Shown here piece by piece: positions 27,871-41,006 of a stretch of 64,000 nucleotides of DNA; position 1 is the stretch's first letter, and the number at the start of each line of letters is the position of its first letter. This stretch comes from Octopus bimaculoides (Eukaryota): positions 65,385,776 to 65,449,775 of the forward strand of contig NC_068983.1 of assembly GCF_001194135.2 (NCBI RefSeq), given 5' to 3'. The translations under genes and the position numbers were made by a program. The notes beneath the pieces were generated by a model. It saw only the letters and a program-made list of their open reading frames with translations. It had not been told where the DNA came from and did not search any database.

Positions 27871-28121
27871 CATATTAAAAGGATCGTCTGTGATGACATT
27901 GTGATATGTTATTTGTTGCAGTCAGACAGTGAAGATCAGAAATGGGTTATAATATACCATTTCATAATACAATGACTAAGCAAATATCAAATATACCTAA
28001 ATTATTTTGCTTCGTTTCTTATGATTATAAATGAGGTTGCTTCATGCAGCCCATGTTTAGTAGGGAAATAGGTTACTAGTGCAGTGTTGAAAAGAAATTA
28101 TTAATAAATATTATTTGCGTA

Positions 28122-28720
28122 GCACGGATATTTGTCCTAATCTTGATTGTTGTTAACACAACGTTTCGGCTGATATACCTTCCAGCCTTCATCAGGTGCC
28201 TTGTGGATATTTCGAACCTGTGTTCTCATTCCTATGGTATTTTTCGATGTTGTTATTATTCTTCAGGTCACTGCTTAGGAATCGAACTCGGAATCTTGGG
28301 GTTAGTAGCCTGCACTCTTAACCACTACATCATATGCCCGTGAGCGATTATGGAGTGAGTTTTAGTGCTTATAAATCTAATATTTTCCTATCCTTCCTTA
28401 ATACCAGTTCCCGTATGTTACTCATTACTGCACTCAGTCTTCTTAGGAGGTTGTTGTATGTGCCGCTTATTTTAGTTTTCGTATTTTCCAGTGGTGCTCT
28501 CTGACTATTATCTTATTTTCATCCCACAGGGGGAGGTGGTTTCCATTTTCCATACATGATCAGCTATACCCGATTTATCAATATCTCCTCGTGTCACAGC
28601 TTTGCGATGTTCGTCTACCCTTATTCTGAGGGGGTGGAATGTTTCGGTGAGGCCTTTCACATAGGGTAGACAGACTGTGGACAGTTTATTGGTTTCAACC
28701 CCTCTTTTCTTCATAATTGT
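28122..28720 (-). mobile_element. Penelope-like element 3' end: GIY-YIG C-terminus, tRNA-like segment, hammerhead pLTR
   Basis: HPLRIRVDEHRKAVTRGDIDKSGIADHVWK...IIVREHHWKIRKLK*AAH; then gggcatatgatgtagtggttaagag...gagttcgattcc (28266-28339); then a CTGATGA...GAAA motif. Confidence 0.85.
28155..28200 (-). ncRNA. Minimal type I hammerhead ribozyme motif
   Basis: GGCAC-CTGATGA-A-GGCTG-gaaggtatat-CAGCC-GAAA-CGT-T/GTGTT. 5-bp stem II, palindromic ACGT stem III, GUU site. Confidence 0.8.
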
Positions 28721-28736
28721 AGTGGATAGTATGTTC

Positions 28737-29049
28737 ACGCAGAGTGAAGCCGCTTGACACAGATTGACCAAAAACACAGTTAGGGCATACGCACTTACTT
28801 TTAACGTTCAAGCTCGCTCCCGCTGTTTACAGCAGTGCTTGGAAGAAACGTCTGTAGCGTGTGATCGTCGCATTGATCATGACAGAAAGTTTTCATGGCG
28901 AAACCTGCTCAGAGACCTACGCAAAGATGCAGAAAATGTATGGAGAGGAGTGTATAAGCCGCACAGAAGTGTATGAGTGGTTCAGACGTTTCCAAGATGG
29001 TCGAAAAAATGTTGATCTTGACGAAGTTTCTGGGAGACCTGCAACCAGA
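28737..29049 (+). mobile_element. Mariner-derived fragment (HTH region), same family as 31020-31887
   Basis: HGETCSETYAKMQKMYGEECISRTEVYEWFRRFQDGRKNVDLDEVSGRPAT; near-identical DNA to 33780-34080. Confidence 0.9.
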
Positions 29050-29124
29050 TAGATTGTTAATGAGGTTTGATCATTTCTTCATGGTGTGTATCACAATCGG
29101 TAGAAGTTCGATTCTAAGTAGTGA

Positions 29125-29128
<4 letters not shown>

Positions 29129-29202
<74 letters not shown>

Positions 29203-29220
29203 TAATAATAATAATAATAA
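29129..29220. repeat. (AAT)n, preceded by the B-box part of the tRNA-headed element
   Basis: aagttcgattctaagtagtgacctg (29105-29128) matches gagttcgattcctaagcagtgacctg of the 28 kb copy. Confidence 0.9.
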
Positions 29221-29665
29221 ACCTGAAGGCATTATCGAAAATAGAAATGCAAAGATCCTATGGGATTTTATGATTCAGTGCGACCATTCGATAGATAATA
29301 GGAAGCCGGACATAGTTTGCTTTCATTCTCAATTATGACTATGCTGGATCATAATATAATAATTCCCAGCTGACAACAAAATATGCGATAAGGAAGAAAG
29401 TAAATCTGAGATATGACAGGTTAACTTGGGAAGTTCAGCAGTTGTGGTCGATGAAAAAGGTAGCAGTAGTACCAATAATTGTAGGAGCCCTGGGAACAGT
29501 GAGCAAAAATCTCAAGAAGTACGCGGAACAAATACCGGCTGCAATAAGGGTGGAGTACTTGCAGAAAACAGCACTGCTTGTCACCGCTTGAATACTCCGG
29601 AAGGTACTCGAAAAATAAGAAGTGTTACCTTAGTTCACTGGTAGTGAAAAGCTGACATTGTAAAT
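29221..29665 (+). mobile_element. 5'-truncated R4/Dong-like RLE LINE 3' end
   Basis: KPEGIIENRNAKILWDFMIQCDHSIDNRKPDIV...QLWSMKKVAVVPIIVGALGTVSKNLKKY...LQKTALL, followed by a short 3'UTR. Confidence 0.92.
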
Positions 29666-31019
29666 AAGGTAAATAATGAATATAATCCCTCATTTCTTAA
29701 ACATACAACTGTATTATTAATAAACAATTGCATGATAAGCAATCTGGCTATTATACCACTTTTCAATCCATAGCCTTCATAAATATTATATCAGGAGATA
29801 GTCGTTAATCAGAGTTTTAGAGAAAGTTGGAATTTCATAACTTTTACAGAATCTAGATAAAAGGCTTTTTTCCAAATGACCTATATTGCAAAGAAGAAAT
29901 ATTTATAGGTTAAATGTTATTTGTTATAATTTGTAAACACTTGATATATTTTGGAAAATTTGAACGTTGTGAGGCGTATGTTTTTGAATCAAAATACGGA
30001 GTAACATACTTATAAATATCTTGATAAAAATCAACAGAATAAGGGTACAGTGCGAAATTTTAGGTTACAAAGTTACATTGCAGTCACATCCATAAAACAG
30101 AATTCACTCATGTCTCAATTTATTTTTTTAATTTTTGATAAAATCTAGGTAGTATCTTAAATTGAGAGGAGAACATAATACGACTGTAAATGATACGAAA
30201 CATTCCAACGCGAATAAACACACACACTCTGCTGTTACAATAATAAATTTATTTGGAATTCTTATGGAGACTATTGTATATAAAGATGGGAAGGCCACTT
30301 AGAATAAATAATTTCAAATTAACATTTAATATATAACCGTGAGTCCGTCGATGACGTTTAAGTGAATTTTATGCTGGGAAAAGCAACTGATGCAATGTAA
30401 TAAAGTGGTTAATGCGAGGATTGTTAACGAGGAGAGACCTGCAAGTTCTGCTACGATAATGTAAACACGAACGTAATACACATACAAAAGAAATACAGAC
30501 ACGGATGTACAGTCACACTCAGACATACAAATATACATGCATGCACGCACAGCCATTATACACTTCAAGCATAGTAAAATCAGGGGATGATAACAGCATG
30601 CATAATCAGCAGATTTAATCAAAATCTAAGAAAGCCACAATAAAATAGCTGAGGGAGCAAGTTTTAAAACATTTGAAGAAATTAGATGATATAGAATGGA
30701 TTATTATACACAGTTGTTTACACAATGTCAGTAGATACATATAGCAGAGTTCTCTGAAATATTCATAGACTGGCCGAGAAACTCTCATAGGGTGTGAACA
30801 AATGATATGCCAAATTTTGAACATTTTCAAGAGAAGTCACTACTAGTTAACTTCATGTCTGGTTTCATAAGTCCGATTTCGGTTTTCCTGAACTAAAACT
30901 CCGTAGCTATTATTTAGAAGTGTTCAAATTACTGCATGCAAGATTTCACAGTTGTAGCCTCACTCCTTCACAGACAGCCTATGAAATTTTCTGCCCACCC
31001 CACTATTCATGCATATGTA

Positions 31020-31887
31020 TACGAGTTCTGATCAATAAGTGTCTGGACTCTTGCGATAGCAACGAAGCTAAAGCACGCAGACTAAAGCCTCCAGGCAAAT
31101 ATTGATCTTGATCTCTGCTATGCACGCGCAGTACGTTTTAACGTTCAAGCTCTCTTCCGCTGTTTACAGCACTGCTTGTGAGGAACATGTGTAACGTGTG
31201 ATCGTAGCATTGATCATGACACAAAAAGTTGTCATGACGACACCTGGTCAGATGTCAACGCAAAGTTACAGAAAGTTTATGGAAAGGAGTGTATGAGTCG
31301 CACACAAGTGTGATTCAGACGTTTCCAATATGGCCGACCTGGGACGAACGTTCTGGGAGACCTGCAACCAGCAGAACTGAGAAAAGACATCACACATATG
31401 CGTGTAGCTGTGAGGGGAACTTATCGAATCACCATCCGTGAGTTATCAAAGGATGTGCAGATTAGTTACGGTTCAGTCCATGATCACTGAAAATTTTCGT
31501 ATGAGACGCTTGTCTGCCGAAAGTGCTTTCAGCTGACTAAAAAGACACTCGGGTTTCAGTTGCACATGATCTCCTTGATTTTGCTGAGAAAGATTAAAAC
31601 ATTGTGAAAACTTTGCGTAGGCCTCTGAGCAAGTATCGCCAAGCTTTTGGCAAAATTAGATGCAGATTCTCTTCTCAACATTCTCTGTCATTTTCAATAT
31701 GACGACCACACGCTACACACCTTCCTTCCAAACACTGCTGTAAACATGGGAAGTGAGTTAGCAAGTTAAAACTTAGTGCGCAATCACAGCAAAGTTAAAG
31801 GTCAATCTGTCCAAAGCGACTTCACTTTGCGTGCTTTAGCTTCATTACTATGGCAACAGTCCGGATACTTATTGATCAGACAACGTA
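31020..31887 (+). mobile_element. Non-autonomous mariner derivative with about 200-bp TIRs
   Basis: tacgagttctgatcaataagtgtctggact... / ...agtccggatacttattgatcagacaacgta. The interior holds only HTH-region transposase, with no catalytic region. Confidence 0.9.
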
Positions 31888-31954
31888 TGTATATGCATAT
31901 GCACTTATACATATATACACGCGCACACCCACATTTTTTTATGGTTTATCTTTT

Positions 31955-32365
31955 ATTCATTAACTCTTTCAGCCATAGGCTCGTGGCCATGGTGGGCGCA
32001 AAAAGTTTTAGGAATTGACCCCAGTCCTTATTTAGTTTTAAGCCTGGTACTTCCTCTATAGGTCGCTTTTGCACTGCTGCTAATTTACGTGGATTGAAAC
32101 ACGCCACCACATGTGGTTCGGAACAAACACACACACAAAAAGATACGCACACACACACACACACATACACACAACCTGGCGCGCACACACACAAACACAC
32201 ACATACGATGTACTTCTTGAGTTTCCTTCTACAAAATTCATTTACAAGGCTTTGGTCAACCTTGAGCTATTGCAGAAGACACTTGCCGAAATGCCACCTA
32301 TCAGAACAATACACGGAACCATGAGGTTGGGAAGTACACGTCTTACCATAGAGCCACACATGTAG
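31955..32365 (-). mobile_element. SINE family A, old near-complete copy
   Basis: Tail, internal (CA)n, then gaagacacttgccgaaatgccac...cttaccatagagccac head. Confidence 0.75.
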
Positions 32366-33713
32366 CAATTAGATTACGTGTTTTTTGGGTTTGTGCTTTC
32401 TTTTCATTTGAATATATACATTGCTCGTGTAAATGCGTAGTTATCCGTATTATTTCTATGCGTGTGGGATACTATTTTGTATATGACCATGGTACTTTTG
32501 TGTGCTTGTCTATTCTTGCCAGCAACCATGACCACAGCCAGTTCTCACCCTCAAAACACTTTCTTTACTATCACCACCATTCCCGTCATTTCCATTGCCT
32601 CCTCAAACAGTGATAGCACGTTCGACTACTCCTACCCAATGTCGCCATTATCTCCAATCACTTAACTCTCTATTATGCTGATATTAGGCATCCTTCCTTG
32701 ACCCGTAATATCCTCTATAACTCTAATTTTCACTTCAATATATAGAAACTTATACATCTAGTTTTAATCCAGCACCTGTACAGTCGCAACAACTTTATCG
32801 ACATTAACAAACCTAACACAATTGGTATGGGCCTATCTTGTTCTTGTATTCATATATATATGCTTTCTTATTCAGGTTTTATATGTAACCGTACGATTCA
32901 TCGCTTTATGTTCCTAACGAGAAGTTGGACGAAGCAAACTATATTTCGACGGGCAGAAAATATTAAGCTTTGATTTTCTTTAATGCTTGTGTTTGTAATT
33001 AAAGTTTGTTACCGCACATAATTGCAATCGTCATAAAAGTAGACAAAGGTATGTTATCGTAAACAAACCCATATCGTTCTAGACATATAACGGTGAAGTC
33101 ACGGATTTAAAAAGAGAAATGTTTCATCTACATCTGAACAGCATTATTCTGTTTTAGTAGGAATAGTGGAAAACGAAATATATAAAATCTTAGATAATCG
33201 GATTTTTGTGCTATACAGTTCACACTTATGCAACAATTCACAATATGGAAAAACAACAACAATGTTCATATCTGTATCGCGAGGATATAATAAATGTTGA
33301 ATAATCCTTCTTGATCATATCATTTCATGTATTGTTTTGTTTACAACAAAAATATTGCAGGAAAAAATCATTGACATATTCTTATCGAAACATAAAATTT
33401 TGCAGAATCCAAGCCTCTAGATAAGATTAGACCTGCTCATCATTTCTAACTTAAGAATCCACATGAATACTGATCAAATACGTAGCGACATATTGATAGA
33501 CGCAATATATCGGTGTGAAAATGGAAGTTATGATAATTTTAACGTACGTTCTTGTCATATTATATATTAATTTATACATATCAAATTTCTTGGATATCTA
33601 TAGAAGTATATTTCCTAAATATATGTGCAATTTATACTCCCTGAAAATATGACACAGCAGTTCTGTCGCTGTGTGACGCAGTGCACACTTGGTCTGTAGT
33701 AATTTCAAAACTG

Positions 33714-34595
33714 TATGTGGTCTTATCAATAAGTATCCTGATTATTGTCTTAATAATGAAACTAAAGCACGCAGAGTAAAGCCGCTTGGCACAGATTGAC
33801 CAGAAACACAGTTAAGGCATACGCACTTACTTTTAACGTTCAAACTCGCTCCCGCTGTTTACAGCAGTGCGGGGAAGAAACTTCTGTAGCGTGTGATCGT
33901 CGATTTGATCATGACAGAATGTTTTCATGGCAACACCTGCTCAGAGGCCTACACAAAGTTGCAGAAAGTGTATGGAGAGGAGTGTATAAGCTGCACACAA
34001 GTGTATGAGTGGTTCAGACGTTTCCAAGATGGTCGAAAAAATGTCGATATTGACGAACTTTCTGGGAGGCCTGCGACCAGCAGAACTGAGAAAAACATCA
34101 CACATATGCGTGTAGCTGTGAGAGGAAATCGTTGAATCATAATCTGCGAGTTATCAGAGGATGTGCAGATTAGGTACAGTTCATGTCAGCCCATTATTAC
34201 AGAATATTTTCATATGAGACGCATGTCTGCCAAGTTTGTACCAAACCTGCATTCAGTTGACAAAAAGACTCTCGGATTTCAGTTGCACAAGATCTACTTG
34301 ATTCTGTCAAGAAAGATTAAATCTCCTTGGAAAGTTTCCGTAGGAATCTGAGCAGGAATCACAAAGATTTGGCAAAATTTCATCAGGTTCTCTTCTCAAC
34401 TGTCTCTGTCAATGCGACGATAATACGCTAGGTACCTTCCTTCCAAGCACTGCTGTAAACATGGGAAGTGAGTTAGCACGTTAAAACTTAGTGCGCAAGC
34501 ACGGCAATGTTGAAGGTCAATCTGTGCATTTCCTCTGCGTGTTTTAGCTCCGTTACTATGGCAACAGTCCGGATACTTATCGATAAGACTACGTA
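33714..34595 (+). mobile_element. Non-autonomous mariner derivative with about 200-bp TIRs (second full copy)
   Basis: tatgtggtcttatcaataagtatcctg / gtccggatacttatcgataagactacgta; HGNTCSEAYTKLQKVYGEECISCTQVYEWFRRFQDGRKNVD. Confidence 0.92.
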
Positions 34596-34668
34596 TATGT
34601 TCTGCTTTCTTTTTTAAACTACAAATGCGTTGCACAATTGGAAATCAAATAACCAAAGCTCTTCTACG

Positions 34669-34715
<47 letters not shown>

Positions 34716-34734
34716 ATATATTTCACTTTTTTTT

Positions 34735-34940
34735 ATTAGTTTCAGTTATTTGACTGCGGTCATGCTGGAGCATCGACTTTAGTCAAACAGATCGACCCTT
34801 GGACTTATTCTTTGCAAGTCTAGTACTATTCTATCGGTCTCTTTTTGTCGAACTACTAGATTACGGGGACGTAAACACACCAACATCGGATGTCAAGCGA
34901 TGGTGGTGGGACAAACACAGACACATAAACATATATATAT
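34735..34940 (-). mobile_element. SINE family A, tail portion
   Basis: gtttcagttatttgactgcggtcatgctggagc...ttacggggacgtaaacacacc. Confidence 0.85.
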
Positions 34941-36079
34941 GTAAAAGAGTAAGAAAGTAATTCATTGTTTTACACACAAACATATGAATATGATAGTTAT
35001 ACATACATGCGTATGCACGCGCAATGATCCCCATACATTTGAATACACACGTGAAATGAATTACCTTCTCACATTTCTCACAAACATATGTACACCCAAC
35101 CTATTACCCTACCAACTCACATCTAAACACATCCACAGTGAAGCACTCATAATACAATATGACAAATATGTATATGGAACAGACATATCGGAATGGCAAT
35201 ATCAATTATCACTAAAGTCTGTAATGTAATTGACCTTATTTTTACTTCGAATAAGCGTAATATATGGAGAAGTCAAACCAAAAATGTTATGTATTATATT
35301 CATAACTATCAGCTAATGTGCAAAATTTGAATAAGAACGGTAGACCGATGTCTACCATATCACCTCATGCATAAAACATGTGCAGAGTTGCACTTCCCTA
35401 AAGCACTAAATGTTACACTGAAGTTAGCATTAAATATAACCTAAAACCATTTTCCATAAATGAAACCAAGAAAAGCATCATCATATTATCTAGTCTGCAA
35501 TTGCGTTCCATTTTAATCGAACATAATAATTTCCTGAATTCAGTAGTTCGGCATTTCCCTATTAATCTCTCTTGCATCATAATATTTAGCTGCATTTGTA
35601 GCACCAGTATTACAATTTGAGTTACAATAAATGTAAGAAATGTAGCTGAGATAAATTACGTATATAGTTATGAATACTGCGTGAATCATTAAAGACTGAA
35701 TCCTTTTTTTTTTCTGATGCAGTAGTTAACTACTGAATATCAAACCAAGACAGCGTGATTGTATATTACAGCGGTATGGAGAAATTTGAAGTGAAATGAA
35801 GATATGTCAACTGTAATCTACATCCAGGCCTTAATTAGAACGTAAGGATATCCAGTTACGACTGGACATTAAGCAAACACGGTAATGCATTTCCCATAAA
35901 ATAGTAGCTCATCGAAAAACGCAAACTGTACACAAAACATTAACAGAATAAGACCAAGCGTACTTATGTAGAGGAAAGAATGCACATTCATTAAGAAATA
36001 GCATTTTCAGATGACATTTATTCAGTGAGTGCAAACAATATTTACTGACATCTTCGAAAGATGTTCTACCACTAGCCTG

Positions 36080-36116
<37 letters not shown>

Positions 36117-36254
36117 TTTGCATATGTCCCTTCTTTTTCGGTGTATACCGTGTTCGCTTTTTTTTATTATTTCATTATATGTAAATCCCTACACTTTATG
36201 ATTGTTTCTGTATTGTCCTCCTCATCCTTCACCCTTGTGGCAAATAAATGAAAT

Positions 36255-36256
<2 letters not shown>

Positions 36257-36315
<59 letters not shown>
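36257..36315. repeat. (TAC)n following AATAAA; possible retroelement tail. Poly-T at 36082-36112
   Basis: caaataaatgaaatc-actactact... Confidence 0.85.
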
Positions 36316-37399
36316 GCCGTTATTATTTGATTCAAAGAAAAAAAACCAAAGTTTGCCACGGCTCGAAGAAATTTTAATCGATTAGAGTGAACATACTACA
36401 TATTTTTAATGCTCTTGTTTTATGTGTTTCGCGAAAGGAAAGAATGCAAAGGTAATCTAGCAAAAATACAGACAGCCAATGCAAATGGAAATACGAAGGG
36501 AATGTACGTTCTCTGCATTGGTTTTCAACTTCCATGCCAGTCGGCCTCTCTCGTATAAGTGTTAGAGTGTGTTTACTTGTGTGAGCGTGTCTGCATTAGT
36601 ATCTCTGTGTGTATGTGTGTGTGTGTGTGCGTGTGTTTGTGTGTGTGTGTGTGCGTGTGTTTATGTGTTGTGCAATGGGTGTGGTTACTGATGGTTTACA
36701 TGTAAGACAATAACCCATAATGTTTATAAACTACGCCCCGTGCCATTCTCACTTAATGTTGATAACAGATTTGCTGAGAAACTTTACATAAAGATTTATC
36801 ATATTGATTTCCCATTTGAGAAGGAAGTTTTACTTACAAATTTTGCCTGATTTCCCATTTTGAATACCATTAGTAAATAAACAAACAACCTATATTTATG
36901 GATATATGTAAATGTAATGTTTGTGAGTATCTGTTATTGCATGTTGAATTTTTTTCGATAGTTAATTCGTTATTGTTGTCGTTTCATGTCATGGTAGTTC
37001 TTGTGAAAACCTTTGTGATTATCGGTATTGTAAATAAATTCTTGAATATCAATACGTTCTTCTAAAGTTGGTGTTATTTTGAATATATCGGATATGATGG
37101 CCACTTATTTTTCTAAATAGAAAAGAGCAACCGACTTAAAGGAGAAATATTTTTACTAGACAATAACAAACAGCGAGATATGTCTGAGTGTAAGCTGGAA
37201 AATGGCCACATATACACATGCCGATATGTGTGCGTGTGTGTATGTGTATGATGCGCGCATGGGTGGGTGCGTGTTTGTGTGTGAATACACACATATACAT
37301 ATATGCAAATGTTTGTTTTCTATGTTCAGCCATAATAAAAACAAATTTATATTAATTTGATGGGTTGTTCTATACTTTTAAAGAGTATAACTTTATTAT

Positions 37400-38750
37400 T
37401 CTTCAACAAGAAGTGACTTCGAAGTTTCAGTCAGTTAAGTCATTGTCGGACTACGATGCATTGAATTTAATCTTGGCTTTATACAGTCTCTGTTGAGTTG
37501 CAATCTTGGTGATGTGGCTTTGAGTAGAATGGTAATTAGGTTTCTGGGTTGGGTGGTGTGGAGAGTTGTTTTGAATAAATTTGTATTAATTATATCTGGG
37601 GTTATTTTCTCCCAAATGAGAACAAATATAAAGAATAATACGCTTATATTACTCTTTAGAATTTATTCATGTATATAGAATTCTTTTATCAGGTAAATTA
37701 TTATTTTATGTCACGTTTAGTAGGTACCTATAGGATATCCCATAGATTATGCTATTTTCGGTTTTACTAGAATTAATCCTTTGCATTGACAATGTAAAGG
37801 TCAGGTGTTCCAGATGAGTCCAATAAGTAAAAACTTAGAAATAGGATGTGAGAACATTTTTGTCAGGGATTTTTTTAGGGGTTCACAAACGATGTAAGCA
37901 GGTGGAATGTTTTAGCTGGTCAGTTTATCTTGTGGTTTGATGCTTACAAGTGGATGTGTGTGGCTGTGTTTTTCTTAAGGTGTTTATTAATTTATAAGCA
38001 ATTTGATTAATGTGTAGAAATGTTAACTCTTTGGTCTTATGTAAGTAACGTTTGAAAGATATGTGTTTATAAATATTTCTTCAATTCTGTTTTACATGTG
38101 TGTATTTTATAATATCTGATTTTCGGCCTACGGATATATGCAAAACTTCTGTGTGTATATATTCATATATAACAATGAGAATGAAAAGATTTTTACTTAA
38201 CAAAACGATGTAAAGAATAAAAATATTAAATTTTTTTTTAATTTAAAAAATAAAAAATTAAAAGCATATTCCAAAATTGTTTCCATAAAAAATATATATA
38301 TATGTATGTTTGTGTATGTCAGCTTGTGTGCCTATATGAAAAAATATTTTGTGGGGATTTTGCTTGGAGATAAAGAATCTTTTGAGTGGTTTTTACAGTA
38401 CGTGTATAGTGCAAAATTGTCAAAGTGGTTTTATGTTTATTATGGTGATAGTTTATGGTGTGGACGGAGGGAAGGGAGTTAATAAAATATTTACATATTT
38501 AGCCATTACAAAGCGTTGTTGCTTGGAAATGTCTTAGTGTTTTCTATGATTTTCTTCTGCATCAAAGGACTCATTAAGAGTTTCCCGGTCAGAATTTGGT
38601 CTGTGCCTGTGACATTGTACTAAAATTCATTAGTACGAGTTGGCAGGATCTACTGTTCCTTCGGTATGCTTGTGTGTGTTAGAGTATCTTCTAATTGACG
38701 CTACGTGGAGTATTTTTCATTTTTACGTCTTCATATTTTCGAATACGACA
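37400..38750 (-). mobile_element. Very decayed Penelope-like element
   Basis: YTYCKTTQKILYLQAKSP (cf. PLE RT YxKxTxxxxYLxxxSxHP); decayed hammerhead at its 3' end (37412-37452). Confidence 0.4.
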
Positions 38751-38944
38751 TTAATGTTGTTGTAGAAGTGTTTTTTGCAATATTTTCAAAAGCAGTTTAG
38801 ATATTTTACACGAGACTACTATGTTAAAGCGGGGTTTAACCAGATGACTTTTCTCGTTCTATTCTCATGCATTGTATTTACTATGGAAGGACGGTTCTTT
38901 ATCTATTTTACCTTTCATTTGAAAGCGCTGTTATATGTAGTTTC

Positions 38945-40176
38945 TACACAAGTTGGCTGAAACGTTCATAAGATAATTACGAAGGAGTGATGCTACAGCT
39001 GTGAACTCTCAAATACATTCATTTCAAATCTACTCATTAATAACTGCATTGTTTCCAGGTAGAATGACGTATGACAGTTCAAAGAAGCCTTCAAAAACAA
39101 AATTGGAGTGACAAAATTTGGTAGCGTGGTGCAATTAAGTACCTGCAGAAAAATGGTTTAGCTCAGAAGCAGATACATACTGACAGGTTTGTTCAATTAG
39201 GGGGCGACGCTTCAGCTTCAAGAATGATGTAATAGTGGGAAACTGAATTTCGAAGGGGAAGGGAAAGTCTTGAAAATGATAAATGTGTAAACATCCTGAA
39301 CAGCTATCGCCGAGGAAAATACTGATTGCGCTCATCTTTTCGTAATGAATGACAGGCGACTGGCGATATTTTAAATGGCAAAAGCTATTAGAATATCCAA
39401 CGAGACAGCTGAGAATATTTTGTACAATAAAGCTAGCATGAAGTTGGTTACTGCTCAGTGGTTGCTACGTCTTCTGACACTGATCAAAAGTGCAACAGAC
39501 TGATCACATCACGAGAGAATTTGACATTGTTTCAGGAAGATCCAGCTCGTTTCCTTCAATGCCTCATAACCCAAGATATGTGTCACCTACGTTACTTTGA
39601 ACAAGAGAAAGAAACAATACATGTATTGAAAACAGACGACCAATGTCATTTCATCTGCAGGGCAAATGCTGGTCTCAATTTTTCAGATGCAAAAGGCATT
39701 GTGTTCATTCACTATCCTCAAAAGCGTCACACCATCAAAGGACAGGACTATGACAACTTGCTGAGGCATTTACAAGAGGCTATGAAGAACAAAAACTCAT
39801 GGAAATAGACGAAAGGAGCCTTCTTTCATCAGGAAAATACTCCACCACATAGTTCCTTGATTTCAATGGTTGTTGTACGTGACTATGGCTTTGAATTGGT
39901 TGATGAGCCTGCCTATTCTCCTGCTTTTGCCCTATCTAAAAATCATGTGTCCCCCTAATATGGAAAGATACTTGATTGGGAACCAGTATCACAGTGAGGA
40001 TGACGTCTTATCTACTGTTGATAAAAACATCTTCACCAATCCGATCCACGTACTGTAACACCGATGAACGACGTGTGAGAACAGCAAGGAAGACTATGTT
40101 AAAAAAATAAATTTCATTTGGTCACGTTCCATCAGTGTACATTTTCAGACTATGCATCTTTCAGCCGACCCTGGTA
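38945..40176 (+). mobile_element. Decayed full-length mariner (D34D)
   Basis: TIRs tacacaagttggctgaaacgttcata / ctatgcatctttcagccgaccctggta; AQWLLRLLT, FLQCLITQD, KGIVFIHY, FHQENTPPH, PAYSPAFALS. Confidence 0.9.
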
Positions 40177-40423
40177 TTTCGTTTGTGGAGATGAAAAGTG
40201 AAAAATATTGTTTACTAGAGTTTTGATAATGTTTTGCGGGTAAATTGATTGTTTATGTATATAATGAATTTATGTGTTTTAGTTATTGTAATGGATTCCA
40301 TGCCGAGGGTAACGTATAGGGGCTTAACTTAAGTTTCTACTGTAATAGACAAGCCTATGTTTTGGAAGACATCTCTATTATCTTCCTAAATTGATCAGTT
40401 TTTGTAGGATGTAGTTTGTTAGT

Positions 40424-40816
40424 AGACCGAAATCCCTGTCGAGCAGCTAAGCTACGGGGACGTAAACACACCAGCATCGGTTGTCAAGCGATGGTGCGGG
40501 GGGACAAGCACACACAAACTCATACACACACACGGGCGTGCACACACGCGCGCACACACGCGCGCACACGCACACACATATATCTGTATGTATGTATATA
40601 TATNNNNNNNNNNNNNNNNNNNNNNNNNNNNNNNNNNNNNNNNNNNNNNNNNNNNNNNNNNNNNNNNNNNNNNNNNNNNNNNNNNNNNNNNNNNNNNNNN
40701 NNNNNNNNNNNNNNNNNNNNNNNNNNNNNNNNNNNNNNNNNNNNNNNNNNNNNNNNNNNNNNNNNNNNNNNNNNNNNNNNNNNNNNNNNNNNNNNNNNNN
40801 NNNNNNNNNNNNNNNN

Positions 40817-40859
<43 letters not shown>

Positions 40860-41006
40860 GGCTTCCTTTCACTTTCTGGTCTACCAAATCCACTCACAAG
40901 GCTTTGGGTGGCCCGAGGCATTTGCACTAGGTGCCAGGCAGTGGGACTGAACCCGGAACCATGTCGTTGGTAAGCAAGCTGCTTACCACGCAACCACTTC
41001 TGCGCC
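40424..41006 (-). mobile_element. SINE family A spanning internal microsatellite and N-gap 40604-40817
   Basis: Tail ctacggggacgtaaacacaccagcatcgg; head gtgggactgaacccggaaccatg...ttaccacgcaaccacttctgcgcc. Confidence 0.9.

Noticed and set aside
35714-35745. CTGATG-CAGTAG-ttaa-CTACTG-AAT hairpin
   Set aside because: Lacks A9, GAAA, stem III and stem I; a simple small hairpin.
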